64,000 nucleotides of DNA from positions 1 to 64,000 of IMG/VR virus record IMGVR_UViG_3300036760_001167; one strand, 5' to 3'. The notes beneath the pieces are model-generated. The model saw only the letters and a list, made by a program, of their open reading frames with translations, was not told where the DNA came from and did no database searches. Shown here in pieces: positions 18,929 through 26,980 of this stretch. Each line of letters begins with the position of its first letter. Position 1 is the stretch's first letter. Source of the DNA: a virus. A program made the translations under genes and the position numbers.

Positions 18929-20524
18929 TCAGATCTGGATGCGCTCCCTGGCCTTCTTGGCCCTGTGGACCGGCGCGATCGGCGCGGCCTCTCCGCCTAG
19001 CGGGTGCTGCGCGCACAGCTCGAGCATCTGCGCGCGGTTGATCGCGCTCCGGTAGACCGAGTTCAGCGCGCGGTTGGCGGAGCTCGCGCTCTCGCCCTCC
19101 CACACCCTGCCGCCGCGCGACGGCCTCGGGTGGTAGAGCGTGACGACGTCGTGGCCGGTCCTGAGCAGCCGCGCGTTCCCGAGCACCCTCGCGCAGGCGA
19201 CCGCGAAGCAGACGTCCTCGTGGCCCCAGCCGCGGAACCTCGGGTCCATCCCGCAGACGAGCTCGAACGACTCCCGCCTGATGACGACGAGCGTCGCCGC
19301 GGTCCGCTGGCCGGGGCTGGAGAAGGCCCGGCGCCTGACCTCGGGCGACAGGTCGAAGTCCGCGTCGGGCGGGCCGTCGGTCATCAGGTTGGAGTCCGCC
19401 TCGGTGAGCCGGACGACCTTCCGCCACGGGACCACGAGCCGCCCCGTCTCCGCCGCCTCGCCGCCCGCGGCGAGGAGCGCGCCGGTGTCCATCCAGCAGT
19501 CCGCGTCCGCGATCACCAGGATGTCCCGCGTCGACCTGAGGAACGCGTCGTTGACCGCCGTCGTCTTCGAGAACGGGACGCCGCCCGAGTCGGCGCCGAC
19601 CACGATCTCGGCCTCCGGGAACTTCAGCGCCCACCGCTCGCGCAGCCACGACCACGCGACCAGCCTGTGGTCGCTGCCCGTCTCCGCGCGGAACGGGACC
19701 AGGATCGACACGCGGTCCGGCGCGACTGGCGCGGGCGGCACGCGCGCGGCGGCCGGCTTGGCCCTGGACGTGACCCTCGCCTCCCGCGCCTCCCTGAGCT
19801 TCTGCCTGCGCTGCTCGGTCAGGGCCCTGCCCGTCACCTTCTCCCGCTCACGGGCGGCCTTGGCCCGCCAGGCCGCGTCGTCGGCCGCGCGCCGCTCCGC
19901 GGGCTTCCACCCCGCGTTCCAGTGGTGGACCGCGAACGACTCGGCGGGGTAGGGCCCGCCGAGGAGCTCCATCTCCTTGTAGTGGACCGGGAAGAAGGAG
20001 ATCGGGCGGAGCCTGCGCACGTCCGGGCGGTGGCGCCACTGCGCGGTGACGAAGCCAGGGCCGGTCAGCGAGGGCGGGCCGCCCTTGTTCCCGGGCGGGC
20101 CCTCGAACGACGCGACGCTCTCGACAAGGGCGACCGCCGCGGGGTGCCCCGGCGGGGACGCGATCACCGCCGGGTCGAGCTCCCAGTCGTCCTCCCACGC
20201 GATGAACGGGCGGGGGTCTGCCATCAGCTCGTCGAACGCGCGGAGCGGCTCGACGTCCGCGTCGAGGTAGACCCCGCCGTACTTCGCCAGGATCTCGTAC
20301 CGCAGGACGTCGGACCGGGTCGCGTACGAGGAGACTCCCTCGGCCTCCAGCGTCGCCGCGTCGAACATCTCGCGGTTCTTGATCCACCCCAGCTCGCCGG
20401 AGTCCGCCCACGTGCGGAACTCCCAGCCCCGCGGGTGGAGCTCGCGCAGCTTGGCCCAGAACTCCTCGAACTTCTCGGGCACCGGCTCGTCGAGCCAGAT
20501 CCGGTGGAAGACGCGCGGGATCAC
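18929..20524 (-). CDS. Two-domain glycosyltransferase (GT32/OCH1-like DXD domain plus GT2-like domain)
   Basis: GTG start IPRVFHRIW; RSDVLRYEILAKYGGVYLDAD, TGP and AVHHW; second domain ILVPFR...FSKTTAVN...IADAD...GMDPRFRGWGHED. Confidence 0.85.
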   Translation of the reverse strand: MIPRVFHRIWLDEPVPEKFEEFWAKLRELHPRGWEFRTWADSGELGWIKNREMFDAATLEAEGVSSYATRSDVLRYEILAKYGGVYLDADVEPLRAFDELMADPRPFIAWEDDWELDPAVIASPPGHPAAVALVESVASFEGPPGNKGGPPSLTGPGFVTAQWRHRPDVRRLRPISFFPVHYKEMELLGGPYPAESFAVHHWNAGWKPAERRAADDAAWRAKAAREREKVTGRALTEQRRQKLREAREARVTSRAKPAAARVPPAPVAPDRVSILVPFRAETGSDHRLVAWSWLRERWALKFPEAEIVVGADSGGVPFSKTTAVNDAFLRSTRDILVIADADCWMDTGALLAAGGEAAETGRLVVPWRKVVRLTEADSNLMTDGPPDADFDLSPEVRRRAFSSPGQRTAATLVVIRRESFELVCGMDPRFRGWGHEDVCFAVACARVLGNARLLRTGHDVVTLYHPRPSRGGRVWEGESASSANRALNSVYRSAINRAQMLELCAQHPLGGEAAPIAPVHRAKKARERIQI

Positions 20525-21114
20525 AGCTCCCACAGCCCCAGCACCTTCGTCGCGGGCGGCGGCTGCTCGCGGTCGCCTGTCCGCCCGTCGGGGATCGTCT
20601 CGAGCGGCGGGCCGAGCGAGAACGGCTCGGCCGACAGGTCCGGGCAGTAGGTGTCGCCGATCGCCACGTCGACGTTCGCGCCCTCCAGGTACGTCGACGC
20701 CAGGAGCCACCGCGCGCCGGTGTCGCGGAACGTCGCGAGGCACCTGGCGCAGTCGCCCAGGGGGAGGTGCTGCATCGCGTCGCGCGTCAGGACCAGGTCT
20801 GCGCGCGGGAGCACTGGCATCCCGGTCCGCAGGTCGCCGAGCAGGTACGCGCGGTCCGGGTGCGCGTCGCGCGCCGCCTTGAGGGCCGACGGTGACCCGT
20901 CGACGCCCACGTAGCCCGGCAGCTCCGGCACCCAGAACCCCTCGCCGCAGCCCGCGTCGAGGACGCGCCTGACCGCGGGCCTGAGCCGGCCGACCAGCTC
21001 GGCGACGGCGGGCGCGACGAGCTCGGTGGCCCAGAGCGTCGAGCCGGGGCCCGAGCGCGTCTCGGTCCCGTTCCACCAGTTCCGCTCGTAGATCCTCTCG
21101 AACTCCGGGATCAC
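20521..21114 (-). CDS. Class I SAM-dependent methyltransferase (glycan-associated type)
   Basis: FERIYERNWW...SGPGS...VLDAGCGEG...DLVLTRDAMQHL. Confidence 0.85.
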   Translation of the reverse strand: MIPEFERIYERNWWNGTETRSGPGSTLWATELVAPAVAELVGRLRPAVRRVLDAGCGEGFWVPELPGYVGVDGSPSALKAARDAHPDRAYLLGDLRTGMPVLPRADLVLTRDAMQHLPLGDCARCLATFRDTGARWLLASTYLEGANVDVAIGDTYCPDLSAEPFSLGPPLETIPDGRTGDREQPPPATKVLGLWEL

Positions 21115-21710
21115 GCGCGCCTCCTCGCCGTCCAGAGCGTCTCGGCGAGCGGCGCGGCCTCCCACTCGCCGGTGGGCAGGATGTGCCGGCCGACGACGCG
21201 CGCGGTGTCCGGGAACCCGTGGCTGTAGTCGTGGAGCGCGAGCCACCCGCCCGGCGCGATGTGCGGGGACCAGAGCGTGAAGTCCTCGAGGATGCTGTCG
21301 TACTCGTGGACCGCGTCGACGAAGAGCAGGCCGACCGGCCGCCCGTCCCACGCCGCTGCGGCCTCCGCGGAGGTGGCGCGGACCGGGACGACCCTGTCCT
21401 CGACGCCGCACGCGCGGACGTTCTCGGTGAACTTCGCGAGCCACGCGTCGCCCGTCTTCAGGTCCCACGGGTCGTCGGTCCCCTCGCGGCCCGGCCGCGG
21501 GCCGAGCCAGGGGTCGACGCAGGTCACGCGCACGCCCGCCGCCACCGAGGCGGCCATCCAGCAGGACGACCTCCCCAGGTACGAGCCCACCTCGACGATC
21601 TCCTGCCCCGGCGGGACCCCCGCCGCGAGCTCGGCCAGGCGTGCGCCCTCGCGCTCGGAGAACCAGCCGCCGATGCCGCGGATCACCTCGAGCGTCGCGG
21701 GCGCGATCAC
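21111..21710 (-). CDS. Class I SAM-dependent methyltransferase (Methyltransf_24-like)
   Basis: GWFS...IVEVGSYLGRS...VDPW...LLFVDAVHEY...PGGWLALHDY. Confidence 0.88.
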   Translation of the reverse strand: MIAPATLEVIRGIGGWFSEREGARLAELAAGVPPGQEIVEVGSYLGRSSCWMAASVAAGVRVTCVDPWLGPRPGREGTDDPWDLKTGDAWLAKFTENVRACGVEDRVVPVRATSAEAAAAWDGRPVGLLFVDAVHEYDSILEDFTLWSPHIAPGGWLALHDYSHGFPDTARVVGRHILPTGEWEAAPLAETLWTARRRA

Positions 21711-22444
21711 TTCTCCTCCTTGACGTCGTACCCGCGCAGCCAGGTCCTCGCCATCGAGCGGACCTTGAAGTAGCCGCAGTCCCGCCAGCGGACGCGCTTC
21801 CCCAGGAGCGCGGCCGCGATCATCACGTGCGCCCTGTCGGTGCGGACTTCCTCGGCCCCGGCGATCGCGCCGAGCCACTCCTCGAGCGAGCTCCTGGTCA
21901 GGGAGATGTCGTCGTTGCCGTCCGGGACCCACCCGCGCGCCGACTCGTGGTCCGTGCGGTACGCGAGGAGCGTGCCGCTCCCGGAGCGCTGGTACTGGGA
22001 CAGGTCGGTGAAGAACGACGGGCAGTGCGCCAGCGTGGACCTCGGCACCCGCCGCGCGGACTCCTCCTCTCGCGAGAACAGCCGCGCCTTCGTGAGCTTG
22101 AGGGAGTGCCTGGTCCTGGCGTCGGTCGTGTCGAAGGACGAGGGGAACACGACGGCCCGCGCGAAGCCGTGCGCGCTCGCCATGACCTCCGGCGAGTGCG
22201 CCCAGTACCTGCACCAGCCGCCGCCGCCTCCCAGCAGGAGCAGGTCCCCGCGCAGCGTCCTGACGCTCTCGGCGCCGTCGACGTGGACGAAGCTGTAGGG
22301 GATGCCGGCCCCGCCGAGCAGCGCGCGGGTCCCGGCCTCGATCAGGTCGTCGCCGCGGTTCCCCTCGTACCGGAGGAAGGTCACGTCCGCGCCGCGGACC
22401 GCTCCGAGCAGGAGCTCCCTCGACTCCTCGAGCGTCGGCGGCAT
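21707..22444 (-). CDS. Polysaccharide pyruvyl transferase-like protein
   Basis: GNRGDDLI, LGGGG, FSREEES and VRTDRAHVMIAAALLG motifs. Confidence 0.75.
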   Translation of the reverse strand: MPPTLEESRELLLGAVRGADVTFLRYEGNRGDDLIEAGTRALLGGAGIPYSFVHVDGAESVRTLRGDLLLLGGGGGWCRYWAHSPEVMASAHGFARAVVFPSSFDTTDARTRHSLKLTKARLFSREEESARRVPRSTLAHCPSFFTDLSQYQRSGSGTLLAYRTDHESARGWVPDGNDDISLTRSSLEEWLGAIAGAEEVRTDRAHVMIAAALLGKRVRWRDCGYFKVRSMARTWLRGYDVKEEK

Positions 22445-23118
22445 CAGAAGACGGCCTTCGCGTTCACGAGGCCCTTGTTCGCGGCCCACGCGTCGATGAG
22501 GTCCTTGTTCGCGACAAGCGCCTCGCCGTACAGCTTGTCCGACTGGCGCTTCACCTTGCCGGAGAACGGCTGGTGCCAGAGGTGCCACGCCTGGCCCGGC
22601 AGCCTGTCCCACGGGCCCGCGCGCAGGAGGCTCAGGTTCAGGGCGGAGTCCTCGCGGCCCCACTCGACGTATCGCTCGTCGAAGCCGCCCACCGACTCCC
22701 ACGCGTCGCGCGTCAAGACGAGCAGCCCGCCGCCCGCCCACTGCGGGCCGAAGTGGTGCGGCTCGAGCGCCGCCTGCCCGCGCGTGACCAGCGCGACGGT
22801 GCCGTCCTTCGTCAGCATCCAGCGCTCGTCGTGCGGCCTCGCGGCGCCGCCGGTGTCGAGGACCCACGCGACCGCGCGCCTGACGGCGCCGGGGTCCGGG
22901 ATCGTGTCGGAGTCCGAGACGAGCGCGACGTCCCACCTGCCGGCGGCGGCCGCGGCGGCGTTCACCGCACGCCCTCGCGCCCACGGGCCCTCCGAGTCGC
23001 CCAGGAAGATCGGGTATCCCAGCCCCTCGAGCGACGGCAGCGCCATGTCCCAGCACCACTCCCGCCGGTCGTCGCCGGACCGCCACGGGACCAGCGTCAC
23101 CACCCTCGTCTTGGGCAC
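22444..23118 (-). CDS. Glycosyltransferase (GT2 / galactosyltransferase C-terminal-like)
   Basis: LVPWR, RGRAVN, VSDSD (DXD), GGFDERYVEWGRED, HLWH. Confidence 0.88.
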   Translation of the reverse strand: MPKTRVVTLVPWRSGDDRREWCWDMALPSLEGLGYPIFLGDSEGPWARGRAVNAAAAAAGRWDVALVSDSDTIPDPGAVRRAVAWVLDTGGAARPHDERWMLTKDGTVALVTRGQAALEPHHFGPQWAGGGLLVLTRDAWESVGGFDERYVEWGREDSALNLSLLRAGPWDRLPGQAWHLWHQPFSGKVKRQSDKLYGEALVANKDLIDAWAANKGLVNAKAVF

Positions 23119-23150
23119 GAACCACCTCCGCCGAATAACTCTAGCACGCG

Positions 23151-23180
23151 GAAGGGACCGGCCCTGAGGCCGGTCCCTTC
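23151..23180 (-). terminator. Hairpin downstream of the major capsid gene
   Basis: GAAGGGACCGGCC-CTGA-GGCCGGTCCCTTC, a perfect 13-bp stem. Confidence 0.65.
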
Positions 23181-23213
23181 ACCGCTGCGGTGCGGACTTT
23201 CCGGTGACTGCGC

Positions 23214-24422
23214 TTACGCGCTGACCACCGACACCTGCACGAACGCCGCCGGGCGGTAGACCGCGAGCGCGAGGCGCTCCTCGGCCCTGATCGCCGTCAG
23301 GTTCTTGCGGAAGTAGTCCGCGTGCGAGTTGCTGGCCTCGACCGTCAGGCCGCCCTTGCGCCAGACCGTCGCGCCCGTGCTGAACGCGCCGACGATCGGC
23401 GTGCCCGGGGCCACTGCGGTCGTCACGACCGAGCGGAGTCCCCACGGGTTCCTGGACGCGGCCGCGTACGGCCCGCCCGAGAAGTACCCGCCGTCGCCGC
23501 CGACCGACTTCGTGACCGCCATGGTCCAGAAGTCGACCGGGTTGATCAGCAGCGCGTCCGGCTCGAGGCCGCCGTCGACCTGGCAGGACATGATGCCAGC
23601 GGCGATCGCGTCGAACATGTTGTCGCCCTCGATGTCGCTGTTGTCCGCCGAGCCGATGCCGGCCGCGATGAGCTCCGCGACCAGCTTGGTCTCCTCGGCC
23701 TGCTTCACGAACAGACCGAGGCGGCCGTTGATGTAGCTCGCGATCGCGGGCTCATCCTCGATCATCTCGTCCGAGACGGGGAGGAAGGTCGCGAGCTTCT
23801 CGATCGCGACGCTCTCCTTCTCGAAGTCGAGGAACGAGGCCGGCTTCTCGTCTCCCTCGGACACGAGGCCCGCGGAGTTGTCCGTGCTGATCTCGCGCAG
23901 GTACACGATGGTGTTCTGCGTCGCCGTGCCGCTGCCGAACAGGTCGGCCACGTACAGCTTCTGCTCCACCGGCGTCTGCACGCCGGGCAGGACCTGGTTG
24001 CTCAGGCGGTCTGCCCCGTCGGCCTCGAAGACGCCGCCGGTCTCGAAGACCGGGCTGTCCTTCTTGCCGACCTCGATCGCTCCGGTCGTCCACCTGCCGG
24101 CCATGCCCGACGCCTTGAGCGCCTGGTACGCGTCCGACTTGGTGAACTGCTCGCCGATCGTCTTCGCCTTGCGGTCGCCCTCGTGCGTCTCCACGACCTG
24201 GACCTGGCCGAGCGCGTCGATGGAAGCCTGCAGCTTCTCGTTCGCCTCGAGCTCCTCGGCGCGAGCCTTCAGGCCCGTCGCCTCGCCCAGTGCCGCCTCG
24301 ACGCGGGCCCTCTCGTCGTCCGACATGGTCCGGTTCTCGTCGTCGGCCTTCTGGCTGATCGCCCTGGCCTCCGCGAGCTTGCGGTCCACCTCGGCCTTGA
24401 GGTAGTCCTTCGCCGTCTTCAT
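23214..24422 (-). CDS. Major capsid protein, HK97 fold
   Basis: Coiled-coil delta domain, then VSEGDEKP, KLATFLPVSDEMIED and FRKNLTAIRAEERLALAVYRPAAF; start placed at MKTAK after AGGTGA. Confidence 0.95.
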   Translation of the reverse strand: MKTAKDYLKAEVDRKLAEARAISQKADDENRTMSDDERARVEAALGEATGLKARAEELEANEKLQASIDALGQVQVVETHEGDRKAKTIGEQFTKSDAYQALKASGMAGRWTTGAIEVGKKDSPVFETGGVFEADGADRLSNQVLPGVQTPVEQKLYVADLFGSGTATQNTIVYLREISTDNSAGLVSEGDEKPASFLDFEKESVAIEKLATFLPVSDEMIEDEPAIASYINGRLGLFVKQAEETKLVAELIAAGIGSADNSDIEGDNMFDAIAAGIMSCQVDGGLEPDALLINPVDFWTMAVTKSVGGDGGYFSGGPYAAASRNPWGLRSVVTTAVAPGTPIVGAFSTGATVWRKGGLTVEASNSHADYFRKNLTAIRAEERLALAVYRPAAFVQVSVVSA

Positions 24423-24614
24423 GTGCATCATCACCTTGGCGCTTGCGCGCCGCTCGCGGCTCGCCCTTCCGGCGGCTGGCAGCGGCGGGGTCCTCAGCCC
24501 TTGGCGCTCGCGCGCTCCTCAGGCCTTGCGCCCGTCGGCGTCACCGTCTCGCGGGTGTGCCGTGTCGTACGTGACCATCGTACCATGCCCTTGGTCGGGC
24601 ACGGCCCGGCGGCC

Positions 24615-26564
24615 TTACTGCTGCTCCAGCAGAAGCAGCCTCGTCCTCAGCTCCTGGTCGCGCGTGACGCTCGACGGCGGCGGGGTCGGGTCGAGCGGGC
24701 TGACGTCGGCCGCGGCCGCGTTGATCTCCGCGACGCGGATCTCGAGCTGCGTCTTCTCGCTCGAGACGCGCGCCTTGCCCGGCACGGGCTCGGAGGCCAC
24801 CGACGCGAGCACCTCGCGCAGCGCCGTCACGGCGCCGTCGATCGCGTCGACGGCGGCCTTGATACCGCTCTCGTTCTTGGAGCTCAGCGTCCTGCCCGCC
24901 TTGGCGAGCACGCCGTCCGCGATCCTCAGCGCCTCGATGCGCGCCGTGAGCTCGGACTTCTCGGCCTGCGCCTTCGCGGCGTTGATCGCGTCCTCGTGCT
25001 TCTGGAGGTGGGCCTTGGCCTCGGCCGAGTTCGTCAGGCCCTGGACCTGGTCGAACCTGCCGAGCGCCGCGCTCACGCCCTTGACGTTGGCCGGGCCGCC
25101 CTGCGTCGCGTGGTGCGGCAGCGCCCACGCGGCCTCCGTGGCCGCGTCGCCGTCGCGCTTGCCCGCGCAGATCGACGCGAACGCCGCCGCCGGGTCGCTG
25201 GAGGCGAGCGCCGCGGCCATCGCGGCCGGCCCGTCCCAGGCGCCCTCGTCGAACGAGCCCATGTCGCCCGCGGCCTTCGCCTCGTCCTTCGCCGGGCCGT
25301 TGGTGACGCCCGCGTGCGAGTGGCCGGAGTAGCCGGTCGCCTCGTGGATCCGCATGTGCTCTGGCCCGAGGAACCCGTCCGCCGTCGCGTCGACCTTGGC
25401 CGCGTCCTTCCCGTGCCCGTCCGGCGTCGCCGCCTTCAGGTGAGAGCGCATGCCCGCCGCGTCGCCCGGCATCGGCATGTCCGCCGCCGCGCCGTCGCCG
25501 GCGTCGCCGGCGTCGGCCGCGTCACCGGCGTCGGCCGCCTTGGACTTCGCCTCGTGGTCGTGCTCCGCGGCGTCGCCCTCGTGGGACTCGCCGTGCTTCG
25601 CCTTCAGCTCCTCCGCCGTCAGCGCGAGGACGTCCTCCTCGGCCTTGGCGTGGCCCTCCGGCGCGGCGGCCTGCAGGTGCTCGCGCAGCACCGCGGCCGT
25701 GGGCTCGGGCGCCTCGTCGGCGGCCTTCTGGCGCTCGACCTTCGCGGCCTTGGCCGTGACCTGCACCTCGACCGACGCCGGAGCTGGAGCCCCGAGCGTC
25801 ACGGCGCCGTCGGCGCCGACGCTGTAGGGGATCTCGAAGTACTCGTCGTCCTTCGCGTCCTGCTCGACCGAGACCAGCACGTGGTCGCCGAACGTGGCGG
25901 CGACGCAGACGTACGGGCCCCATCCCTGCGCGTTCGGGTCGCGCGGGTAGGTGGCGTCGCCCCACACCTGCACGGCCTCGCGGATCGCGTTGCGCCTCTC
26001 CTCGTCCGAGCCGGCGATCGCGGCGTACACGTCCTTCTGGCCGTTCGTCATCCTTGCCGCCTCCTCGAGCGCCCGCTTCACGCCGATGAGCTGCGTGTCG
26101 GGGTTCGCGCCCTTCAGGGTCGGGCCCGCCTCGATGAGGTCGAGCGTGACCAGGTCGTTCGCGCCGTCCTTCGCCTTGCGCTCCGTCACGACGTCGTACG
26201 CGAAGCTGAACTCCTTGACCAGCCGCTGCCGCATCAGGTTGTGGACCTGCGCGGCGAAGGGGTTGGTCAGGTCGATCTTGCCCTTGACGAGCAGGCCGGC
26301 CTTCGTCTCCGTCAGGTCGGCCGGGTCGGCGCTGCCGATGATCGCGTGCGGGTTGCCCCAGTCATGCGACCAGATGATGGGGAACGGGTCGCCGCCCGCG
26401 CGCCACACCTCGAGGGACTTGGTGAACGCGCCGGGAAGCACGCGGTCCTGCTGGAGGTCGACGTTCCCGAAGACGCTGACCAGCGCCTCGAATTCGCCGA
26501 TCGTGCCGTCCGCCGAGACCGGCCCTGCCTTGTACTCGGCGACGTAGGTCTTCTGCAGCCGCAT
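24615..26564 (-). CDS. Prohead maturation protease (HK97 family) with long C-terminal extension
   Basis: GEFEALVSVFGNVD...PGAF...WSHDW...EFSFAY...LIEAGPTLKGAN, followed by about 480 extra aa. Confidence 0.9.
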   Translation of the reverse strand: MRLQKTYVAEYKAGPVSADGTIGEFEALVSVFGNVDLQQDRVLPGAFTKSLEVWRAGGDPFPIIWSHDWGNPHAIIGSADPADLTETKAGLLVKGKIDLTNPFAAQVHNLMRQRLVKEFSFAYDVVTERKAKDGANDLVTLDLIEAGPTLKGANPDTQLIGVKRALEEAARMTNGQKDVYAAIAGSDEERRNAIREAVQVWGDATYPRDPNAQGWGPYVCVAATFGDHVLVSVEQDAKDDEYFEIPYSVGADGAVTLGAPAPASVEVQVTAKAAKVERQKAADEAPEPTAAVLREHLQAAAPEGHAKAEEDVLALTAEELKAKHGESHEGDAAEHDHEAKSKAADAGDAADAGDAGDGAAADMPMPGDAAGMRSHLKAATPDGHGKDAAKVDATADGFLGPEHMRIHEATGYSGHSHAGVTNGPAKDEAKAAGDMGSFDEGAWDGPAAMAAALASSDPAAAFASICAGKRDGDAATEAAWALPHHATQGGPANVKGVSAALGRFDQVQGLTNSAEAKAHLQKHEDAINAAKAQAEKSELTARIEALRIADGVLAKAGRTLSSKNESGIKAAVDAIDGAVTALREVLASVASEPVPGKARVSSEKTQLEIRVAEINAAAADVSPLDPTPPPSSVTRDQELRTRLLLLEQQ

Positions 26565-26592
26565 AGCTGATCTCCCCTTGGGTTCAGGTCTG

Positions 26593-26612
26593 CCCTCATC
26601 TTACACCGCGGC
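26593..26612 (-). promoter_or_regulatory. Putative late promoter (GGTGTAAGAT), identical to 30977-30996
   Basis: 20-bp exact repeat upstream of the protease and portal genes; contains TAAGAT (TANNNT -10). Confidence 0.65.
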
Positions 26613-26668
26613 AGTTTCGTCTCCCCGCCGCAGAGGTCCCGTGCCCTACGTCAGAGGAGCCTGGTCCG

Positions 26669-26980
26669 TCACCGCGGAAGGACCGCGGCTTCGCCCGGCG
26701 CCCAGACGTAGCGGTCGATCGGGTTCGGCGGCGGGTCCGGAGGCGGCGCGTGCTCCGTCGCCTCGGCCCACAGGTACGGCGCGTTGCGCAGCCTGCCCGG
26801 CAGCTCGGAGACGAATAGGTCGCCCTGCGCCGGGTCGAGGCCGCGCGCTACCTGCTGGCGCATCAGGCGGTCGATGCCCGCGTCCCACTCTGCGCGGCCG
26901 TCGACGACCCTGACCTGCCCGAGCTGCCTCGGCCCGCCGTCCTGCGGAGAGCCGCGCCAGGTGTACAGCGTCGCGATCAT
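26669..26980 (-). CDS. Small hypothetical protein, candidate immunity protein
   Basis: MIATLYTWRG..., 103 aa, start overlaps the stop of the toxin-domain gene. Confidence 0.55.
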   Translation of the reverse strand: MIATLYTWRGSPQDGGPRQLGQVRVVDGRAEWDAGIDRLMRQQVARGLDPAQGDLFVSELPGRLRNAPYLWAEATEHAPPPDPPPNPIDRYVWAPGEAAVLPR

